Shown here: one piece after another, positions 57,073 to 64,000 of the stretch
How the letters are laid out: the number at the start of each line of letters is the position of its first letter
Numbering within the stretch: position 1 is the first letter of the stretch
Made by a program: the position numbers and the translations under genes
The notes under the pieces: generated by a model
Database searches by the model: none
Told to the model about the DNA's origin: nothing
What the model saw: only the letters and a program-made list of their open reading frames with translations
DNA from: Candidatus Hermodarchaeum yapensis
Lineage (GTDB): Archaea > Asgardarchaeota > Hermodarchaeia > Hermodarchaeales > Hermodarchaeaceae
Reading direction: 5' to 3'
Assembly (NCBI GenBank): GCA_016840405.1
Contig: JAEOSK010000001.1
Coordinates: 32,001-96,000 of the forward strand
Length of the DNA stretch: 64,000 nt

Positions 57073-59103
57073 ATGACGCTCACCAACGATGATGAATTAA
57101 TTTACACGTCTGACGAACTTGAATTTCGTTCACATGTGCGTGAATTTGTAAATCGTGAAATCAAGCCCTTGGTCAAGCAGATTGAAGAAAGGAATTTCGA
57201 TTATCGTGGGTTTTTCAAAAAAATCGCTGACGCTGGGTTTTCAGGGTTGTTACTTCCCGAAAAGTATGGTGGGTCCAACAAGTCCTTGATGTATCAACTT
57301 ATTGCAGGGGAAGAAATCTCAGCTGTATCGCCATCTGCCTTGATGATGTTCGGAGCAAGTTGCATGTTGAGTGCAGTTCCTATACTCCGATTTGGCTCAG
57401 ATGAGCTAAAACAGCGATACCTTGTTCCCTTAGCCAAAGGTGAATCGATTGGGGCTTTAGCAGTAACAGAACCTGCTGTGGGAAGTGATACTGCTGGAAT
57501 GGAGACTCGCGCTGTTTGGAGTGAAAAGGAGAACTGTTGGATTCTCAATGGTGAAAAACGCTATATCACTAATGGGAGCATCGCTGACCAAATCATAGTC
57601 TTCGCAATTACTGATCCCAAAGTTGACAGCAAAAGTGGAATGTCTGCATTCATCATCGAATCAGCATGGAAAGGATTCTCTGTGGAAAGAGATTATTCAC
57701 TGATGGGACGGGGAGGAAGTTACGCATCACATATCCGATTTGAAAACCTGAAAGTGCCCAAAGAAAATCTACTCGGTAAGCTCAACCAAGGCTTTCTCAT
57801 CCTTATGGATGAATTAGATACAGAAAGGATCGGTATTGCCGCTGAAGCACTCGGTTGTATGCGAACTCCCTTCGAAATCGCTGTCACTTATTCACAAGAA
57901 CGTGTTCAATTTGACCGACCCATCTCTCGATTCGAAGGAATATCTTTCAAAGTTGCAGACATGGCCACCAAAATGCGTGCGGCCCGGCTCCTAATCGTGG
58001 CTGCAGCCCGAATGGTTGATCAAGGACTCCCCTGCACTAAAGAAGCCACCATGGCAAAACTCTTTGCTACCGAAGCAGCCGTCGAAGTGTGTGATCTCGC
58101 CATCCAAATCTGTGGTGGCGCAGGGTATGTCAAAGACTACTTCCCCTTGGAGCAGTTCTACCGCGATGCTCGTCTTGGAACCATTGGTGGTGGCACATCC
58201 GAAATCATGCGGTTTCTCATTCAACGAGAAGTGTATATTGAAGACAAACGCAGTAAAGCCCGGGCACAGGTCATGCCAGAGGTAGAAGAACTTGACTTCG
58301 ATACACTCATGACAGCAATTCCGAATGGCTTTCGTTCTGAACGCGCCGAAGGTGTAACCGCTAAAATTCAGTTCCTTTTTCCTGATCAAACCCCTTGGCT
58401 GATATCAATCAAGGATCAAGAGTGCAGTATCAAAAAGAAACAAATCAAAAATCCAACAATGACCGTGAAAACCGATTCTAATACGTGGAGAAGTATCCTT
58501 CTTGGGAAGCTTGATGCCATGCAAGCGATGACGACAAGCAAAATCGTCATTGACACTGATGATATGGATTTATTATTGAAATTTGCCCGCATGTTTCGGT
58601 TCACACCCGAAATCCTTCAAGATATCACTGCTAAATCCATACGCCCTCCGAAAACACCAGATAGAAGCGAATCAGAATTTAAGCTAGGTAAGAGCCTGAA
58701 TGAAATCAAAATCGGCGAGAAGGCACAAGGATCAATGAAGGTTACAGCCGAGCATATTGAATGGTACGCCAAACTATCAGGTGACTATAATCCTCTCCAT
58801 TTCAACGACGATTATGCCGCTACGACTATCTTTGGTCGACGAATCGCACATGGTCCAATTGGAGGCGCCCTAGTCGCTCAAATTCTTGGCATGCAATTAC
58901 CGGGCTTGGGCACACTGGCTTACAATATGAAGGTGAATTTCACTGCTCCTGTTTTTCCGGGGGATGAAATCACTGCCATAGTCGAAGCCACAGAAAAAGT
59001 GCCAAAGAAAAACCTGCTCCGACTTAGCTTCAATGTAGTAAATCAAAATGGACTCGAAGTGATGAACGGCTACGCTAATGTTCTCCCACCACTCAAAGAG
59101 TAG
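57073..59103 (+). CDS. Acyl-CoA dehydrogenase + SCP2 + MaoC (R-hydratase) triple fusion
   Basis: TEPAVGSD, LNGEKRYITNG, ERVQFDRPI, YRDAR..TIGGGTSEI; SCP2-like AEGVTAKIQF...GKLDAMQA; SGDYNPLH...RIAHG. Confidence 0.9.
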   Translation: MTLTNDDELIYTSDELEFRSHVREFVNREIKPLVKQIEERNFDYRGFFKKIADAGFSGLLLPEKYGGSNKSLMYQLIAGEEISAVSPSALMMFGASCMLSAVPILRFGSDELKQRYLVPLAKGESIGALAVTEPAVGSDTAGMETRAVWSEKENCWILNGEKRYITNGSIADQIIVFAITDPKVDSKSGMSAFIIESAWKGFSVERDYSLMGRGGSYASHIRFENLKVPKENLLGKLNQGFLILMDELDTERIGIAAEALGCMRTPFEIAVTYSQERVQFDRPISRFEGISFKVADMATKMRAARLLIVAAARMVDQGLPCTKEATMAKLFATEAAVEVCDLAIQICGGAGYVKDYFPLEQFYRDARLGTIGGGTSEIMRFLIQREVYIEDKRSKARAQVMPEVEELDFDTLMTAIPNGFRSERAEGVTAKIQFLFPDQTPWLISIKDQECSIKKKQIKNPTMTVKTDSNTWRSILLGKLDAMQAMTTSKIVIDTDDMDLLLKFARMFRFTPEILQDITAKSIRPPKTPDRSESEFKLGKSLNEIKIGEKAQGSMKVTAEHIEWYAKLSGDYNPLHFNDDYAATTIFGRRIAHGPIGGALVAQILGMQLPGLGTLAYNMKVNFTAPVFPGDEITAIVEATEKVPKKNLLRLSFNVVNQNGLEVMNGYANVLPPLKE

Positions 59104-59161
59104 AATCGGTTTTTAACGAAATCTACACACAAAAGACATTGGTTCTCTTCTGAAAATTTAG

Positions 59162-61075
59162 CTATGATGGAAGTACTCCTTGGGATTTCAAATCCTTTGC
59201 AATATCCTCGAGTCCTAACGTTTGAAGTGTATTATAAGTAGGAATTCCCGTCTTAACATCCCAATCATAGAGTGTATAGTATTCATCGAGCATAGGCTCC
59301 AAATCAACCGTCTGTCCTTTGCTAGGACCACTGGGAAATGGTTCATGTGTAAAACGACGGGGTAAACGATCATCTTTACGACTAATGCCTTCACGAACGT
59401 TAAAGCATCGTTTCAATGTCACTAGGCGTGCTCCAATATGCATCATTTCCTCGATACTATCAAAGGCAGGTTCACCTGTCACCGCGGCTAGAAGTGGAGC
59501 GAAATCTTCAACCCAAAATATGGGTGGCCATGAACAGGTATACCAACACACAATTAGGCTATCGCGAATGGCGTACACTTTTTCAGTTACTACGGTGGCT
59601 AGGGCTTTGTGGGTTTCGACGTATGGATCACAGATTTCTGGGAGTTTGTCCTCTCCAAAACGTTCTGCTGCGACTTCTTTGTAGGCCAGCTGATCCATCG
59701 TCACAAGGTTTCGTAAATGATCAGCACCTCGAGCTGAAACGGCATGGCCTAACGCCATGGATCGATGGGCTCGTCCATCTTGTCCGGAAATCTCCATACC
59801 CTTGACCGTCATATCATAAGGTTCAGCTGTGGCACCCTTTTTCTTTGCAATTCGATGGCTCCCTTCAGCTGCAAGATCACCCAAACCTTTTCGTTCTGCT
59901 ATTGCCTGAATCAGCTGAACAAGGCCCTCCTTATTGCCCCATTGAATATCCAATTCTCTTCGTTCTTCTTCGGATAGAAGTCCATGTTCTGCCAATTCCA
60001 TAAGAAATGCAGCTGTACAGCCTGCGCTGATAACATCTAATCCATATTCATTGCACAAGTGCTGTGTTTGCAAAATAGTTGGAATATCATCAATTCCCAC
60101 ATTACTCCCCATTGCCATAATACCCTCATATTCCGGTCCCTCAGTAATGAGTCCCTTATAGGGGCCTTCCTCTACTTTGAATGCCTTCTTACAAGCTAAC
60201 CGACACGTAGCACAGGCTCGTGTGGTGTGATAATAGTTGTCGTGAAAGGTTTCGGCGGAAATCCGGTCCCATCCCTCATAGACTCCTTCTCGGTGGTTAT
60301 AGGTTGGTAATTCTCCGATACTTTGTTTGGTTGCTACCAGAATAGGTGTACCATATTTTCGCATTTCCAAGGCTTGGGGATTTTCTTGGACTCGCTGGTG
60401 TCCTTCTTCCCATAGCGCTTTGAATCGTTGGGGATCTGCCACGTCAACACTCCCGGTTCCCCGCACCACGATGGCTTTCAGCTTCTTACTTCCCATCACC
60501 GCTCCCAGTCCTGTACGCCCTGCCGCGCGAGCTCCATCCACCATAATCGCTGAATATTTTACCAGGTTTTCTCCACCCGGACCAATTAGGGCCACATGAC
60601 CATGCTGCTGTTTTAGATCTTTTCGCAGTCCTTTTGAAGCTTTGAGTGTTTTTTGCCCCCAGTAGGGGATTCCAGAATGAAACTCAACCTTTTCATCTAC
60701 AATAGAGAGTACTGTAGGCTTCTCAGCTTGTCCCCCAATAATGATGAAATCATACCCCGCATATTTGATTTCAGGTCCTAGATGGCCCCCGACATGACTT
60801 TCCGCCCAAATACCCGTAAGCGGCGATTTACTCACCACCGCCATGCGACCCGCAGTCGGCCACACCGTGCCAGTAGCTGGACCCGTACAGAAATACAACT
60901 TATTCTCAGGGCCCAACGGATCAACGCCCTTTGGAATCTCATGGTAAAGGAGGTGCCCAGCATAACCCGTTCCTCCAATGAACCGACGTGCGAGATCCTG
61001 AGAGGTAGACTCGGTGGTAACCTTCTGACTAGTCAAATCGATGCGAAGAATCTTACCCGCGTAGCCTTTGTACAT
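59162..61075 (-). CDS. aor: Tungsten-dependent aldehyde:ferredoxin oxidoreductase family
   Basis: KSPLTG, GRTGLGAVMGSKKLKA, CATCRLAC, GPEYE, GLDVIS, EYY....WD. Confidence 0.93.
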   Translation of the reverse strand: MYKGYAGKILRIDLTSQKVTTESTSQDLARRFIGGTGYAGHLLYHEIPKGVDPLGPENKLYFCTGPATGTVWPTAGRMAVVSKSPLTGIWAESHVGGHLGPEIKYAGYDFIIIGGQAEKPTVLSIVDEKVEFHSGIPYWGQKTLKASKGLRKDLKQQHGHVALIGPGGENLVKYSAIMVDGARAAGRTGLGAVMGSKKLKAIVVRGTGSVDVADPQRFKALWEEGHQRVQENPQALEMRKYGTPILVATKQSIGELPTYNHREGVYEGWDRISAETFHDNYYHTTRACATCRLACKKAFKVEEGPYKGLITEGPEYEGIMAMGSNVGIDDIPTILQTQHLCNEYGLDVISAGCTAAFLMELAEHGLLSEEERRELDIQWGNKEGLVQLIQAIAERKGLGDLAAEGSHRIAKKKGATAEPYDMTVKGMEISGQDGRAHRSMALGHAVSARGADHLRNLVTMDQLAYKEVAAERFGEDKLPEICDPYVETHKALATVVTEKVYAIRDSLIVCWYTCSWPPIFWVEDFAPLLAAVTGEPAFDSIEEMMHIGARLVTLKRCFNVREGISRKDDRLPRRFTHEPFPSGPSKGQTVDLEPMLDEYYTLYDWDVKTGIPTYNTLQTLGLEDIAKDLKSQGVLPS

Positions 61076-61076
61076 C

Positions 61077-61607
61077 CTACTTACCTCCCTGCCGATCTAG
61101 CGGCAGCTCCTTTTGTTGAAGAAAGAATTCCAAGGCCTCCATCATCTCCCCTACACCGAATTCGCCTTCAACCAGATTATCAGTGTACACTAGCGCTTCC
61201 GTAGGGCAGAACTTGACACATTGTGGGTCTCCACCACAAAGGTCACATTTCAAGGGAAACTGCGTATCCTCATCCAGGCGAATCGCCAGCTTCTGTTCTG
61301 AAGCCACTGCATCCAGTCCTATGACACAAGCACTCACACATGAGCCACACTGAATGCACAAGTCCTGATCAACTACGACAGCATTTGTCTCCGCATCACG
61401 GGAAATGGCTTCTTCTGGACATGCTTCAAGACATGGGGCATCAGCACACTGCTGACAAACCACGGGCACATCCTGAACCGTCTCATCAAAAGACAGAACG
61501 TGAATGCGTGCCTTACTGGGCTGAAATCGCTCTTCATGTTGCTCACTACATGTCAATTCACAAACACGGCATCCAGAACATCGATTGGGAATCACAGCAA
61601 CCCGCAA
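61077..61607 (-). CDS. 4Fe-4S dicluster ferredoxin partner of AOR
   Basis: CSGCRVCELTC, CQQCADAPC, CIQCGSCVSAC, KCDLC. Confidence 0.92.
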   Translation of the reverse strand: MRVAVIPNRCSGCRVCELTCSEQHEERFQPSKARIHVLSFDETVQDVPVVCQQCADAPCLEACPEEAISRDAETNAVVVDQDLCIQCGSCVSACVIGLDAVASEQKLAIRLDEDTQFPLKCDLCGGDPQCVKFCPTEALVYTDNLVEGEFGVGEMMEALEFFLQQKELPLDRQGGK

Positions 61608-61953
61608 AATCCATCACAAACCAGGTAAAATCCTCACCTAGAGGGCTCTGATGTGTCAAAAAAAGCTTATGAATCAACCTCGCTAATTGGTTTTTACCCC
61701 CGTCTCTTCTTTTTTATACAAGAAAATAGACTTGGTGCATTTCAGTCAAAGCGGAATACCTCAATGAATCTACAAGAAAAAGAGCCGCTAAACCTATCCA
61801 AAACTAAACGGAACCGTCTAAAATTCCAATAAATGATATGACTCGTTAACCACAAATTTTAGGAAATCTCATCTCTGCCACCGAACAGTTTTTTAGAGTC
61901 CGACCGTAAACCCAAGAATAGAACAGAGCAAGTACAGCGGGAAGCGCGCAACC

Positions 61954-62499
61954 GTGGAAGACGAAGGCATCATGCTCAAACTCGTCATCGCAGGCGAAGG
62001 CGGTGTGGGCAAAACCACAATGGTCCGACGATACGTCGAAGGCACATACCACGATTCAATTCTTACCGTAGGCGCTGCTTTTGCGGCAAAGCGATTAATT
62101 GTGAATAATAGTAGGGAGCAGACGGGTGTTAAATTACAGATTTGGGATTTTGGTGGGGAGAAGCGGTTTCGGTTTTTATTGCCGAAGTTTTGCCTTGGGG
62201 CGCGTGGGGCGATGCTTGCCTTTGATTTGAATCGGTTTAGTACGTTTTTGAAGCTTGATCAGTGGCTTGAGCTTATCCGGGATAACACCGAAGAGATTCC
62301 CGTCGTGTTAATCGGGATGAAGGCGGATTTGCAGCGGGCGATTGAACAAAAGGAAGTTGTCAATTTCGCGAAGACCCATAACTTGAAAGCATATTTTGAG
62401 ACGAGTTCAAAGGATGATTTGAATGTCACTCCTGCCTTTGAGTATATTGCAAAAGAAATGCTGGAGTATGTCCAGCAACGCGTCAATAAATCCGCATAG
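61954..62499 (+). CDS. Rab-like small GTPase
   Basis: GEGGVGKT, LTVG, IWDFGGE, GMKAD, ETSSK; no C-terminal Cys. Confidence 0.92.
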   Translation: MEDEGIMLKLVIAGEGGVGKTTMVRRYVEGTYHDSILTVGAAFAAKRLIVNNSREQTGVKLQIWDFGGEKRFRFLLPKFCLGARGAMLAFDLNRFSTFLKLDQWLELIRDNTEEIPVVLIGMKADLQRAIEQKEVVNFAKTHNLKAYFETSSKDDLNVTPAFEYIAKEMLEYVQQRVNKSA

Positions 62500-62511
62500 G
62501 ATAACAATGAT

Positions 62512-63879
62512 GTTGGGAGAAAGCCCTTGACTTCAGTCGTGGAATGAACTCCTCCGCAACCCGTGATATACAACACTTCTCTCCACCCCCCAACGGTTTA
62601 AATCCCCTCACCATGAAATCCCCCTTCACATGACTGAACAGGTGAACCGGGCTCCGTCGCACCAACACAGTAACCCTCACACCCTCCGCCTCCCAACACC
62701 TACACCTCCTGCAGCTGGCCGAAGAGTGCGCCAGACTCTGGAACGAACTCACCTACTGACGCCGCCAAGCATTTTTCCGTGGAAAAATCACCTGGGAGTG
62801 GCAGGACCTCTACGACGCCTACAAAGGTGATGTGGGCTCGGCCACCGCCCAACAGATTGAACGCAAGAACAGTGAGGCCTGGCGTTCATTCTTCGCCCTC
62901 CTCTGATTAAAAACGAAGGGACGACTTCCATCCCATATCAACTGCGTAGGTCCACCGGGCTACTGGAAGTATCGTCGCACCAATACACGGAAGCTCATCA
63001 TTATCTTTCGCTGTGATTCCTATCGATTTGACGAGGGCATATTATATCTCCCCAAAAAATTGACTGTTAAATGGCAGGGGAAGCCCAAATGGGTGGGTTG
63101 GACCAAACAGGGTCAGCTAACCATCCACTATGATAATGTTACTGGCAAGTGGTATGCCCGTCAACCAGTGGAGGTTGAACCTCCCCATCAACCGCTCTCG
63201 CATCGGAGAGCCTTTGTTGGCCTGGGCGTGATTAATTTGCTGACCGTTGCCCTGGATGGTGCGTGGCAAACGTTGGTCTACAGTGGGCGTTCGGTCTTGG
63301 CGGATTGGTGGTATCTCTCTCATCGGATTGATCGGTTGAAGTCTCTAGCAAAGACGATAAACCATCGGAAATCAACGCATCGGATCCGTCGGTTATTTCG
63401 TCGTCGTCTGCGGTTACGCCAGTATGTGAATACGGTGGTTCGTCGGGCGGTAGCTGATTTGTGGGCGCACGGTGTGTCGCAGCTGGTGGTAGGGGATCTC
63501 ACTGGGATTCTGGCGGTAAAAAGTGGTGGGCGGAAGGCTCATGCGATGACACATAATTGCTGGAGTCATCGGTATCTTATGCAACGGATCACGGAGGTGG
63601 CAGAAGAATATGGTATTGTGGTGGAACGGGTGGATGAGCGGGGCACTTCAAGTAAGTGTCCACGCTGTCGGTCGAAGCGAGTAACACGACTAGGTCGCCT
63701 GTTCAAATGCCAGGAGTGTAGATTAGAAGCTCATCGAGATGGTGTGGGCGTAGTCAACATAGGGCTTGCTCAAGGCGCAGCGTTCCCTGGGGAAGTCGTT
63801 AACGGGGCAGTGGCATGCCCTTTGGAGGTCAGTGGATGACATCCAAGAATCTCCCGGCTTTAGCCGTGGAGAGTGTCAA
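62512..63879 (+). mobile_element. IS200/IS605-family (IS1341-like, tnpB-only) element, decayed
   Basis: Left end AAAGCCCTTGACTTCAGTCGTGGAATG after (A)TGAT; right end GAATCTCCCGGCTTTAGCCGTGGAGAGTGTCAA; no tnpA; left boundary approximate. Confidence 0.85.
62652..63839 (+). pseudogene. tnpB: TnpB pseudogene
   Basis: One continuous frame (RRTNT...ARLWNEL...PPGYWK...TSSKCPRC...C.EC...HRD) with TGA at 62757 and 62904, start decayed to CTC, RuvC-I Asp replaced by Gly (FVGLG). Confidence 0.9.
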
Positions 63880-64000
63880 ATTGTGACATCCTTTCCTTCC
63901 TTTTAGAAGGAGTTTCGGACTGTTCCTTGCTGTTACACTCGTCGCCGAGGCCCGTTTAGCCCAAAAATTATCAGGTTCTGATGTTGCTCCGCCCCGCACC

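Noticed and set aside
62757-62906. In-frame TGA codons in tnpB as selenocysteine or recoding
   Set aside because: The positions do not correspond to Cys, other inactivating changes are present, and TGA is an ordinary stop elsewhere in the window
63880-64000. Possible structured RNA (RNase P or group II intron-like words) on the minus strand
   Set aside because: The motif order does not fit and the region is cut by the window edge

Overview
Archaeal chromosomal window, most likely from an Asgard archaeon. The basis is archaeal GluRS, EndA, a histone, RNase HII, an ATP-dependent ligase and AOR, together with several eukaryote-signature-type genes: an EAP30/Vps22-36-like winged-helix protein, two longin-fused Arf-like GTPases, a Rab-like GTPase and uDENN/longin-like proteins. 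Layout: housekeeping and ESP genes (1-18.5 kb); an accessory stretch of GNATs, hydrolases and transporters with a triplicated secreted serine hydrolase (18.5-40.6 kb); a longin/GTPase cluster (40.7-44.4 kb); replication and repair genes plus a giant TrmB-coiled-coil protein (44.5-53.8 kb); aldehyde and acyl-CoA metabolism (54-61.6 kb); and a dead IS200/IS605 TnpB element. The strongest candidates for new biology are: (1) a longin + Zn-finger + TFIIB-cyclin fusion, whose N-terminus the ORF track misses because it probably starts at ATC, heading a cluster with a longin-Arf GTPase and a longin/ER-K-helix protein; (2) a threonine-synthase-like protein lacking the PLP lysine, fused to a PadR winged helix, next to a perfect 22-bp palindrome; (3) a TrmB regulator split by about 1500 aa of coiled coil. 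All family calls come from motif recognition by eye; no database searches were run. No tRNA, rRNA or CRISPR array was recognised.
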